A DNA stretch of 64,000 nucleotides from assembly GCA_964016885.1 (NCBI GenBank), contig OZ024742.1, positions 215,698,001-215,762,000 of the forward strand, read 5' to 3'. Positions 26,404-40,131 of the stretch are shown piece after piece (position 1 is the first letter of the stretch; the number at the start of each line of letters is the position of its first letter). The position numbers and the translations under genes were made by a program. The stretch is from Eledone cirrhosa (Eukaryota). The notes under the pieces were generated by a model that saw only the letters and a list, made by a program, of their open reading frames with translations, did not search any database and was not told the origin of the DNA.

Positions 26404-26891
26404 AGTATATGAATTGAATGGTTTCAGTCATTGCAACACCATCATCCATTTGATCATATCTCACACTAGTAGTAAGTCTTGCATTTATATTATTTAACAT
26501 TTTTTAATACAAAGTTTAAGTTACAGAACATACAGAAAAATATAAAGATACATACTCACACACATAAATACGTGTAAATATATATATATATATATATATA
26601 AAATTGTAAGAATTATTAGATAAAATGTATACAGCTTTTCCTCTCCCTAGTCCGTAGAAATAAACCACATAAATAATCATTTAAACGAGGCTGTAAGTTT
26701 AAAATGTAACTATGAAGAAATTATAGACAAATGATACAGACTATCTTCCGCGAGAGACAGCCAGATAAAATGTATTTAGTCATTCCTTTTAGCACGTAGA
26801 AATTGACTAGACAAATAATCAAATAAACGGAGTTATGTTTAAAATAGAGCTAGAAGAAAAAATGCATATAAACTTTACCAAAATTCCTCTA

Positions 26892-26977
26892 GTCTCGACT
26901 GCCGGCAGTTTCTTTCCTTTTTTGCGGATATATCCGATCCTAGATTTATCCATGAGGCTTGGAGCTTATCAAGAGAC
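26892..26977 (-). ncRNA. Degenerate hammerhead in a solitary pLTR-like segment (~26600-27085)
   Basis: Minus strand: stem I GTCTC/GAGAC, core decayed to TTGATAA, GAAA-C-TGCCGGCA-G-TC (palindrome ACTGCCGGCAGT, GUC site). Confidence 0.6.
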
Positions 26978-27596
26978 ACCTCGAGTCTGGACTAAAATTT
27001 CTACCGTGATTCCGCCAGAAATGAATTAAAAAATGGGTAAGAATTATCACGTGGCTAGTGGTCAAGGTAGAGGGTTGTGATTGGTTATATATATATATTA
27101 ATAAAAGGATTTCCAACTTTGTCTGATTTACTCGTTTTATTTAAAATCCTTTAAAATTTATAATGGTATTATGATGAAATAGTATGGTAGAATATTAAAT
27201 GTTAAGTGTTAATTGAACAAGTACTTTCATGCTTTCGCAATCTTCAGGTTCATAATGTGTGGTGACAGTCAAGTTTGCAATGTTCAACTGTAATGGGATG
27301 GGTAAATTTTGTACCTTATATACAGTAAAAAGTGGCTCCAGAATGCTAAATTTTGCAAACTGTTTTTCGACCAATCGGTGTGTAGTTTCACTGAATTACT
27401 AAAGCTGATTGGTTTAGGCGTCACGGTTGGTTGAGTATGTCTAACGACCACTAATTGATCCTATCCAAAGCATCAATTGTTTTGCTATTTTTAGAAATGA
27501 TGAAAATAGCAGTTTCTAATTTATTGATAAATTCAAACCCAAGCTAAATGAACAATAATAATGTCGACTACGACCACTAACAACAACAACAATAAT

Positions 27597-27787
27597 AATA
27601 ATTGTTTCTACTTTAGGCACAAGGCCAGCAATTAGCCAGTGCATTACTGGTACTTTATTTTATCGACCCCGTAAGGATGAAAGGCAAAGTCAACCTCGGC
27701 GGGATTTGAACTCAGATCGTAAAGGGACGTAACTATGCTGGAAAGCATGGCGTCCGACCCTCTACCGATACTGCCAATCCACCGCCC
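27597..27787 (-). mobile_element. tRNA-derived SINE, full length, inserted in (AAT)n of the PLE 3' UTR
   Basis: Near-consensus family sequence flanked by aataataat. Confidence 0.9.
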
Positions 27788-28106
27788 TTATCAATAATAA
27801 TAATAATAATAATAAAAGTGATGTTGATGGTGATAATTACTAGAAAATGCTATTTTCATCATTTCTAAAAATAGCAAAACAATTGATGCTTTGGATAGGA
27901 TCAATTAGTCGTCGTTAGACATGCTCAACCAACCGTGACGCCTAAACCAATCAGCTTTAGTAATTCAGTGAAACTACACACCGATTGATCCAAATACAGT
28001 TTGCAACATTTAGCATTCTGGAGCCACTTTTCACTGTATATAAGGTACAAAATTTACCCATCTCATTACAGTTGAAAATTGCAAACTTGACTGTCACCAC
28101 ACATTA

Positions 28107-28145
28107 TGAACCTGAAGATTGCGAAAGCATGAAAGCACTTGTTCA
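28107..28145 (+). ncRNA. Minimal type-I hammerhead ribozyme (antisense twin at 27214-27252)
   Basis: TGAAC-CTGAAGA-T-TGC-GAAA-GCA-T-GAAA-G(C/T)AC-TT-GTTCA; perfect 5-bp stem I, GNRA-capped stem II, palindrome AAGTACTT intact in the left copy. Confidence 0.85.
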
Positions 28146-28295
28146 ATTAACACTTAACATTTAATATTCTACCATACTATTTCATTATAATACCATTATA
28201 ATTTTAAAGGATTGCAAATAAAACGAGTAAATCAGACAAAGTTGGAATTCCTTTTATTAATATAATCTTCTATACACAATCATGCACACCCGTGT

Positions 28296-28659
<364 letters not shown>

Positions 28660-28660
<1 letters not shown>

Positions 28661-28836
28661 TCGGTAGAGGGTTGGACTCCATGGTTTGCAGAAAAAGAGT
28701 TACGCCTATTTACTGTCTGAGTTCAAAACCCGCCGAGATTAACTTTGCCTTTCATCCTTACGGGGTCGATAAAATAAAGTACCAGTAATACACTGGGGAA
28801 ATTGCCTTTCCTGTGCCAAAAGTAGAAACAATTATT
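28660..28836 (+). mobile_element. tRNA-derived SINE, slightly 5'-truncated
   Basis: Family sequence with ATT tail. Confidence 0.85.
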
Positions 28837-30364
28837 AATAGGGAAATCTGTGTGAAATCTGTGGTACTCTAGTGGTAAGGGAAACTTTGGTGAAGGATTG
28901 AAGAGAAAATGGAAAGTATTTATGCAGTCATCTTGATTTATTCAGGTGTGTGTGTGTCTGTATGCTTGGCGTTCAACATCTCTGTCGCTGGAGGGGGGCA
29001 GAGAATGTAACCAGCTTAATCGCAGTACTCAAACCAGCATTGACGCCACCAAAAAATCGCTCACACTCCCAGAACTAACACCCACGATCATGCTCGTGCA
29101 TATTTTATATGTCTTCAACAAAAGAATCTATTTTTTAGTTTTCTCAAAAGACCACTGATCGGCTTGTCGATTATATGATTGCTGTTGTTGTCGTTGTTTC
29201 CAGTTAGTGTGTTTGTTACAATTATGGTTTTTATATTTGGTGCGGGTTATGTTGGTGACTGCTGGACTAAAACTTATTTTTGCGTTATTTTTTTCGGGCG
29301 TATGTGTATAATTTTATATTTTTAATTTTATTTAAAAGAGTTCGAGTGTTAGGATGTTGGTATACTAGTGTGTCGAAAGGATATGTGTGCGTATGTGTGT
29401 GTATGTCACTTAATATGCTTTTTTATGTCTGTTTGTCCGTGACTACAAGTGTGAATGTGTTGGTGGGTGGGTGTGAATGTTAGGGGTGATCTTTATTATT
29501 TTTTTTTTTGTTATTCAATTTAGTAGGCCTAACATAAACGTGGGTGCCTGTGCCTGCGCAATGGACAGAATAGCGCCACTCGAGTTGATTGTGTATTGTT
29601 AGATTTGTAATGGGGTGCCTGGATGAGTGTTGTCGTTGAAGTGCAGTATTTGGATTGGTGTCATTATACCGGCCTATTTGGGAGTGTGTCTGTGTTGCAG
29701 CTTGGGATGCATTGGTATATACGAGGCTGCGTGTGTGTAGGCAAAGATAGATGTATTTACATGTTTGTATGATTGTGTGTTTGTGTGTGATTATGATAGG
29801 ATAGTCATGAAATAATTTATTTTTAGATTATAACTTTCATCACCGTACAGTTGTCAGGAATAGCTGTGCTGATTGCATGTTTACAAAGGATAAATCATTT
29901 GTCCGTAACGTTTGTAATGACAAGTATGACAATAACGTCTCTACTGATGTAAGACAAATATCACAAAGTGGCTCGGTGATAAATTATCAACAGCTATATC
30001 CTTCAGAAATATACTTTGCAGAAAATCACTCATACGCAAAAATACTCATGCATAAATACATATATACACAGATACACATATTTATCCATGTATTCATATA
30101 CTTATGCATACCTGCATGCATTTACACCAATGGTCTCACAATATTTCCGTGTAATGAAATCCACTGATAAGTTATTGGTCAACTTGATGCTAAGCTATAA
30201 GTCGATCGCCCATACAGTATGGGTCGCACACCATTACAATTTACATCTAAATGTTAAAAGGAAAGACAGTTAAAGTGGAAGGGTAGATATATAGAGAGTG
30301 AGTGAGTAGTGAAGTTGGGGGGAAGAGAGGGAAGGTTCTGCAGGAATCGAACGAAAAAAAAAAT

Positions 30365-30382
30365 TGAGAGAGAGGGTGAGAG

Positions 30383-30463
<81 letters not shown>

Positions 30464-30483
30464 GTGAGAGAGAGAGAGAGAGA
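30365..30483. repeat. (AG)n microsatellite
   Basis: Direct reading. Confidence 0.95.
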
Positions 30484-31010
30484 ACATGAAATGATGAAAA
30501 GCCGATCAACCTAATTAAAGGAGAGTCTGTAAAGTTCTTTGAAGATTGTATGAGGGGAATTTTCAAGGTACTTTTAGAAATATTTAGTTAGAAGTAAATA
30601 CTAAATATACCATTCTAACTAGGATTCATTTATGAATAAATGGACAATCATTCATGTACATGCATACTTATATAATATCACATACTTAAAATACCGAGTT
30701 GTTATTTATAAACATGTCTTTGATTATAACTGATCTATTGTGACGTTTAAGATATGGTCTATTTCAATATTTCATCTTTTAATTTTTAAAAGATGTTGGA
30801 CTGCATTGTTTCCTTTTTAAAGATGGTAGCATCTTAGGGAATTTGATTGCTAATTACTAATTCTAGCAAAGAAAGTTATGTCGTAGTCATACTGTCATTT
30901 GTTCGCGTGAGTGCCAGTATTATGTCAGAAATCAAATGTTTTAAATTTATGTATTAAAGTCTTCGTCGTTACGACCTCGATTTTCGTCACCATCATCCTC
31001 ATCCCCTACG

Positions 31011-31064
<54 letters not shown>

Positions 31065-31071
31065 CCACCAC

Positions 31072-31123
<52 letters not shown>

Positions 31124-31248
31124 AGCATATTTACTGATATTGTTAGAGTTATTTCTTACAAGTAATGTTGGTGTGTTTGCTACAGCTATTATTCATTATT
31201 TTATTAGAATTACAAAGAAAATGATAAAACACGTCTTTCACTGTATTT

Positions 31249-31280
<32 letters not shown>

Positions 31281-31345
31281 TATCATCATCATCGTCGCCG
31301 TCGTCGTCATCATCACCACCACCACCACATCCACCATCATTACTA
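31011..31345. repeat. (CAT)n compound microsatellites
   Basis: (CAT)n/(CAC)n/(CAG)n at 31011-31127 and 31250-31345. Confidence 0.9.
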
Positions 31346-34300
31346 TCCTCATCATTTATTATTAGTAGTAGTATTGTTGTTGTTGATGTTGCTAGCATTG
31401 GTTTTCTATGTTGCTTTTATCTCTTTATCATTAATTCTTTTCTGCTTTTTGACGTTTCTTGCCCTATTCTTTGTTTTTGTATTTTCTATTTGTGTACTCT
31501 ATGTTGAATATTTCTTTATATCGACATTATTTGATGAAATACAGATAAGCTGCAAATTAATGAAAAATAAATAAATCAAAATCAATAATAAGATCCATGT
31601 ATTTTAATTGGTATTTCAGAATATGATAAAATGTTGCTTTTTTAATTTTCTTCCACTTCGTCATCTTCAAAAACTTGAGGTTTCACCGAAGTTTTAATTG
31701 ACATTTCCAAGAACAAAGATTTTAGATTTTGTCTGCTTGGAAATGTTTTCTTTTTTATATTTTTTTGTTCACCTATCTATCATTATTTTTCTCCCGTAAC
31801 AAACAGTAAGAGTTTCATGTAGCACTAATCTAACACGAGGATACTCCCACACAATTATGACAACAAAAAGCAAAACATTTGTGATGCATTTTTCTTTATT
31901 TCGTATTGATTGGAAAGGAAAATATGACAAAATACAAAACAAAACTGAAACAGCAATGAATATATAAGTTAAAAAAAGTAGACCATATCAAACATTATAA
32001 AAACGATGTGAACTATCATTTTTTTCTTCTTCATCTTCAAATAAAAGGTGTTCTTGCCGACGCTGTTGTTGTTAATGTTGTTAACATTGATAATGTGGAT
32101 GGTGCTGGTGATAAGCATCATGATCTATTAGTATAGTGTATTTGAAAGTCAACTAACTTCACTCTTAATAAACTATTGGTCAAGTGTTTTAAATACACTA
32201 GCAGAAAACCACCGGAAAGCTGGTTTTCTTCTACCATGTGTAGTGTGAATATTGATATTATACGCAAGTATATATGCATGTAGATATGATATATGGAATA
32301 AAATCGTAATTGACAATATACACAGAAATTGAACGAAGACTGCGTTACACTGTCTTATGTAATCAGTAAAGTAATCCATGATACATTAAAAAAATACGAT
32401 ATTATATATAAACTGCATTAGGAGAAAATTAGTGACAGAAATATATAAATGTTTATTTAAGCGATCGTTAACCGGAAGTGTTGACATTTGAAAATTTTAA
32501 AGAAGTGAATCTTTAAATATTTAATCAAAAGCTACGAAATTTAGCAGATAAATTATGTAGTATTAATTCATTATTTATTCAAAGTAATCCAACATATTTT
32601 ACAAACGCGATAAAAAATTATATTCTGGATGCAGTCCTGCACTCCTTTCTTTATTATAGTTAGGATTGAAACTGATAGGAACACGTATTAAGCGAATAAC
32701 GTTTACGTAATAAAATGTTAGTCCTTTTTTGGTATTGCATTCCGCATGCAAGCTGTTTATATTTTTTTTATTTTATATACTTACCACATTGCTTCATTTT
32801 TCCTTTCCTTATATTTCGGTTTCATGAACGACACAAGAACGTAAATTATTTGTAGCTGGAGACGATTACCAGAGCCGATCAGAATCGAAAAGGAATCCAT
32901 ATATTCCTCGTTGCTTATTGTACTGAAACCATGTTCCATTCATCATATTTTCGTTTTACTGGATTTAAAAAAAAACATTTTATATGAAAATTCTATTCTA
33001 ATTTATGTTTATGTATTTGTTTTACTTTGCGGATTGTACAGTGTGATAGAATTAAATTATCAGTGAATATTTAAGTGGTGATCTAACAATATATTGGATT
33101 CAGTTCTTTACAATCATTCTGATGTGTTTGTTCTTACCAAACACATTTCATATTGAAGGATATTGTTTCACTACTTTATCTAGGATACTTTAAGATTAGC
33201 TTTGATATACTTGCAACGTATCATATTTCATAAGTTATTCTTCTCTCTACTTTCCTCCTGGTTATTCTCTAACATCACCCAATAAACAAGTACTCTGCAA
33301 ATACGCTCTTATATTAGTAAATTTTAAATCAATTTTCTATATAATTACAATCGCTGTCCTGGTATTTATATCTCCTTGCATAATACGATAGAGTCTAATT
33401 TGAGAAAGCGTAAATTATTATTTCTAGCAACTCATGTAACAGAGAAGCCCCTTCCTCAACTTATGACATTCATATTATAGAAATATTTGACTTCGTCGTT
33501 GTAACATTTAGCATGTCTACTTTATAAATATTTTGCCATATATCCTTCCACACTACTCAATATATCCTGCTGAAGTTTAGCGACATGGAAGTAACACATA
33601 AATGTTATCGTCACACTGTTTATCTTAGGTTGCTCTTTTGTCATGAAGAAACGAATTATCTCATGTACAAAATAAAGTTAGAAATCACAGGTTAACTCTA
33701 CTTTCCCCATTCCATAATTCTACATTGGCATATGCCTAAAAACATCCGCACTATGACCCTTTTACAATGTTAGATGCATAAAATCATAAAATGTGTGTGG
33801 TGTGGGAAGTAGCTATGGGTCATGGACGTAAATGGATAGATCTAAACTTTGCTACGCCTTTCAACCCAACTACTAATATCCCCATGCAAAAGTTTATTGT
33901 ACTCTGACAGTTCTAATTAGGTTTGCAGACACAAAATGTACAGATGAACCAGAACGTTTCGTTTTATGAGACAAAATTGGAGGCTGTATATGCTCATTCA
34001 GACCTGCTAGAATCATCAGCTAATGTCTTTTTCAAATCACAACGTATTACCATTTTCGAAACAATGGACACCACGCATTTCATAATGTAGATTGAGTTAC
34101 AATGTTTTAGTAAATAATCTGGAAGGCTTTGGTAAGAGATTTGACTCTAAATAAAATCTTCAAGAAGGTGTCGTTACGCACTCAAATTATTCACTGGAAA
34201 CAACAGAGAATTTAGCCCGATTAACATCCTTCCGACATTTGTAAAAATGATACGTTTTTAGATCTAAAGAAATATTATACTTGTAATATAAGTTAAAGGG

Positions 34301-34707
34301 TTCAATGTTAAGACATCTTTAATCATAGTTCGACTTGACCAAATGTTTTTGGCTACTAGAGAATTCGACGTGAAGATTTCTCCTACTTCTAGAAATCACA
34401 TTTTACTGTTTTTTCAAAAGGATGGACATATTGTGTTAGTTCATACTAAATGATTTTGTCTGAATAAATTATAGGGTAGAGATGACTGAGATTCCCTTGC
34501 CAATAAAACAGTTCAATAATATATGTACTAAGATAAAAGAACAACACTATAGAAGACTTTAGAGAGAATCGGTAAAGTGGGTGACAAAATAATTTTATAG
34601 TAGTTAAGAGCCTTAACACTCTGAGTTCATATCATGCAAGGAATCGACATTTCCTATTACCATTCCGGATTAGAGAAAATATATACCATTTATGCACTGC
34701 GTTCTAA

Positions 34708-34925
34708 ATAATAGTTTCTTATATTGGCACCAGGCCTGAAATTTGGGGGGAGGGTAAAGTCGATTAAATCGACCCCAGTGCGTGACTGGTACTTTATTTT
34801 ATCATCCTCGTAAGGATGAAAGGTAAATTTAACCTCGATACAATTTGAACTCAGATCATAAAGGGCCGTAATTCTATGCTGCAAAGCATGGCGTCCGACC
34901 CTCTACCGATACTGCCAACCCACTG
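34708..34925 (-). mobile_element. SINE, longer-tailed variant of the main family
   Basis: Same head and central domain plus an extra ~30-nt tail block; TSD ttctaaataata. Confidence 0.8.
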
Positions 34926-35109
34926 TATTCTAAATAATAATCTGTTTCTTTTTTTAAAGGTTTTTCTTGTTTTACTTATGTTAGATTCAACAGCAGCAAC
35001 ACTATCAGCAGCACTTGCGGCTGAGACATCACCACCAATAGCAACAGTACAGCAACAGCAGCAGCAGCAACAGCAACAGCAGCAACAACAGTAGTAGTAT
35101 TAATTGTCG

Positions 35110-35388
<279 letters not shown>

Positions 35389-35899
35389 GAAGATGATGTT
35401 GGCCATGGTGGCTAATTGACAATAAAATGTCATTTGTGTATATCTTACGCCACATAGTTTGTTTCTTTTGTCATGTTTTTGTAACATTGACTAATCGAAT
35501 TATGTTTTTCTCTGCTTCTTTATATTACATGATATTAGTTTTGTCTTTTTATTTCTTCAATTTTCATGATTGCATTGGTGCATTTTCTGTACGGAATCTT
35601 CGTTCTGCATGTACCGCTTCATCCTTTTGTTTATCATCAACAATAGAATATCGAGTTCTTACACATGCATAAGATAAATGATTGTCCCACCACAGTATTT
35701 ACATCCAACTCTATTCTGGATTCATATGCTATTGAATATTTTTAGAACCAAAGAGAAAGGCAGTAGTGAGAACAATTCTAATAGTGATTTCATTTTATAG
35801 TTCCCTCATTTATTTGTATTTGCATATGTCTAAATGATTATTTGACATATTATCACGAGGTTTTATATATTTATTTACAAATGACCTTATGACATGCCT

Positions 35900-37400
35900 C
35901 TAGAATCCTCAGGTAGGGAATGTCCAAATTCTTTGAGGCAGAGTTTTCTTTTACACTTTCTACAGCCATCTATTAGAGCTTTGTTGATCAAATGTGATTT
36001 CACAGCATACCTTCTTTTCTCCTGAAAGTAAACTGAGTTTTCCAGATGATTATTTATTCTCTGGAATATAATAATAATAATAATGCTCGGGTGCATAATA
36101 ACTCATCAAAGGTGCGTACATAGAATAAAGTACAAATGTCAGGAAATTGAACAGTTTATGAGTCATGATACACATGTGTGCATGTGTATGGAGGGGGCAT
36201 ATCAGGTGTAGTATTGGCGAATGGAGGTTTTAAAGGATACTGTATCTCGGCAGCTAACAACTGATGGTTGTTCCATGCTTCAGCAACTCTGAGCTTTAAA
36301 AAATCACTTAGTTTTGTAGCGAGGTAATGTGTGGACATCTAGGTTTGAAAGCGGAAGGAACTATTTAAGTCTTTAATTTCTTTTCTATACATTGTTGAAT
36401 ACAGTGGTTGGCCCATGGTGCACCGGAATGTATTATTCCTTGATGCTCTTCAAACCTTCGTTTTATATAGTGTCTTGTCTTATGTTGGTATTACGTTTCA
36501 AAATGTTACTGTTTTCATCTTTGTTTTTTTCATGGCAAATCTTTGGCTCTCAAATTTGTAAAAATAATACGGGCATGGCATTGATCTCTAGTTTGTATTG
36601 ACCTCACTTTTGGTGAAACCCTTTCACCAAATATACACAGTCAAATTTTTGTGGGTTCAGCAATGTTTCAATGCTTTTCCTGAAATGTGTTTTGTAACGA
36701 TTATAAAGACCACATATTTTACGCACGTTATCAATTTGGCTAATTTTTGTTTTAAGTTGTTTTTCTCTTTTATTGATTTCTCCTTTTATTTATCTTCTAT
36801 TTTTATCTATATTTTGTTTCTCACATTGTTGTTTACTTGAGTTGAGAAGCTTACGTATAAGTGTTTTTAAGAAAGTACCAACTTTTCTTTATGGCCAATA
36901 TGTTTTTTAGATTGACTCTATGGTTTATCCTGCTCTCCTGCTGATAGTGATCATTATATCTACTTTCAATAAGTATAGTGTGTATATGATACATTTTTTT
37001 TTATTGATGTTGCTATTTTACCGTTAAGCTTTGTCTTCTGGGGGAAAACGGAAGGATATTCTATTGATATTTAGAAAGACTTTGTATCGATTTTAAATTT
37101 TCAGCAATTTACAACATTAAAGCACTGTCACATTCAGAATGTCCATCATTAATGTATATTTACTTGTATTGGTGTTGTCTTCTAGTGATACTTTGGCGTT
37201 CGTTGGCCCGCATTTTCTAAGAATTCTAAGGTTTAGTTTTGTTTTGTTATCTTAGTTGTTTTTTATTGTTTTGTATCTATCCGGTTTATCGTTGTGGTAT
37301 ACGTTGTAAATTTATATAAGTTTAATGTATATTTTATCATCTTTGCAATATAGTTGTTAGTGTGTTTGTTGTTGGTCATAGCTGTAGTATTTCATTAAGT
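35900..37400 (-). mobile_element. Highly decayed non-LTR element, probably R4/Dong-like
   Basis: Minus strand IFQRINNHLEN...HLINKALIDGCRKCKRKLCL resembles the R4/Dong RT segment QLLINKxILExCKxRxRNL; upstream LKQKLAKL. Extent uncertain. Confidence 0.45.
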
Positions 37401-39512
37401 ATTTTTTTCTCAGATGTTCTATATTTGTATATCTTTTAATTTCTGCGTTTAAAGGACTTCTTGCTTCCGCAGAAGTTCGAAATTACTACTAGAAATATAT
37501 ATGTGTTTGTATCGACTACAAATATACAGCAAATATGAATGTTGATACTGGCAGGATGGGACTGAACACAAAAGGTAACAGAAAATAACTCTACCCGTTT
37601 TGATTCTGCTGTCAGTTGCCCAATTTTCTTCTAATAGTTTTTAGATATTTGAAACGACTACATGGTAGAAGTGATATAAAAATGTGTATAATAAAGTGCT
37701 TACATGTATGCCGTGTTGTAAAATTCATTGCGATGGTTCTGTTCTGTTGAACATATAATTAAGTATTAACTTAACAAACCGGAACTAAGCCTGAAAATAT
37801 CTCGTATATTCTAAGCAACAATTTTAAATTACATCCGGATATTAGAACTTATATAAAATTACATTTGTACTGAACAAGATTCCTTCCGAAGCTACGAAAT
37901 CAATCACTATACTTGAAAGCTCAGTTAAATTCCTTTCAAATTTTACTCAAACATCACAAATAAAGAGTACACCTCTGCTTTACAGTATGATGTCATGTTC
38001 ATAGTTGATACACCTTTCTTATTATGCTATCTCATGGATGCTGAAAATTATCTCATGAAGAGTGTTCAACCTCTATCTTGCATGACGTATATAGGCACTT
38101 CATTTGAATAAATAGGTATAAGATTTCGTTGAGAACTATGCTGGAAATATTGCTTGTCATTTTCCTTGGTTTGTAATATACTTTTGTTTCCAATTCATGA
38201 ACTTTATAAAATCATATTTTCATATCCCTCTTGACAGTAAATCTGTTGTATAGAGACAATAATGTGGTGAATAGTCATTTAGCCACAGAGTTTGGTTGAT
38301 ATAGAAACGTATATTGAAAGCTGACTTCAGGCAATGTGTTTATAGAAGCTAATTAATTAATTCTAGTGTTTTTTTTTCTTCTGGTTACAGTAGGCTTTTA
38401 ACAAATGTAATCTTATATGAATCAGGTAATAATCTTAAGAAAAAATGCTATGAGCTTAAAGAACCGTACATATATTTAAACAAAACATAATAAAGGCATC
38501 ATAGTTAAGTCAAGCAACTTATGTTGATCGAGTATGTGATATATTTGGGGTATCAAAACTATTGGATTGTAGAAGAGATCAATTGTTCACATAACAGAAA
38601 GTAAATGATAAGTAAGAACGAAACTCAAACGAAGCACTTGTTATGCGTTAATTACTGTATATTCCGGAATGATAGGGAATCTTTCAAGCTGTGTTACATA
38701 CTAAGAACTTAAAAAACTAGGTTGTTGATAACCAAGTATCGTAAATGTAAATAAGGACTATTTTTGCTATCCAATAATCAACAAATTAAGATATCTACGG
38801 ATCACGGTTATGTTATGAAAATTCAATAAATCGTTGCAAAATAATACTTGCAGTGAAACATGTAGCGAATAGTATAATGAGATTAGAGCTTTCCTTTAAT
38901 CTGTGGAAGTCTTTAAAATGTATTTGTTAATTTTGTGATTAAACTTAGTTCGAGTTAATTTTTTTCTTTTCTGTCTGTGATTAACCGCTACAACGGTACC
39001 AAATTATAGTAAGGTTATCTAAACAAACACTAGCTTTACCTTCGTGCAACCATTATCCTTATGCGTTTATATTATTTAAAAAATTCAGTCACAAATCCAT
39101 CAAAACATTTGCTATGCTTGACTAGTGGTCATTTATGTTTACGCTAGCCTAAAGCGTGTGAAGTGGGATAAAAGCAAACCTCAATTGATAACGCGTCTGC
39201 CAAACATGAGAGAGTGAGCGGTAGCATACACGTAAATGGCATAAAGGGAAGATTGCGACTGTAAAATGCAAGATATTTGCCCTACATATCACTGAAAGTG
39301 TATTAATTAGTCAAACATATGCATTGAAGCATGGTACAAATTTTCTCGAGATAATGTACAATTAGAATAGGATACCATATACATAAACATATACATACAC
39401 ACATATGAACAAACACAATCACAAGCAGATCGACACACACATACACACATACACACAAACGCCCACCAACAAACACACACACATACACACAGAGACGCAC
39501 ACATACACACAC

Positions 39513-39621
<109 letters not shown>

Positions 39622-40017
39622 AGAGATTTATATATAAATATTGAATGGCTACGTTTGTATATATTAGCAGATACGGGGTCGTATTTTGGTAGAGTGAAAG
39701 GTAAAATACTGAACTCCTAGACTATGTCGTTTTAGATCCTCAATGTTCAGAAAATCACGTAATATCAGTAGACATTTACGTAATCGGGTTGTTACACTCT
39801 TCATGAGGGGACCCAAATTTTACACGCGTGTAATGTTTCTTTATTTCGTATACATAATCATGTGTCTCCTTTTAAAGTATGGAAATAGGTGCGTATTGGA
39901 GTGGACTCTGAACATGATACGGCTTTACTTTTAGATATATATCTACTTTCGTCGATATAGTATAGATTTATGTATGATTCTTCCCATCAGTGTGTACCTA
40001 CCCATCTTTATGAAGAG

Positions 40018-40063
<46 letters not shown>

Positions 40064-40091
40064 ATGTGTGTGTTTATATGTGTGTGTGTGT

Positions 40092-40131
<40 letters not shown>

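Noticed and set aside
27096-28263. DNA-transposon or MITE interpretation of the long inverted repeats
   Set aside because: The arms are asymmetric (tail on one side), contain hammerheads and flank GIY-YIG or RT relics; no transposase was seen.
29500-29720. Possible GIY-YIG relic continuing the 28406 pLTR
   Set aside because: The resemblance is too faint across frames to call.
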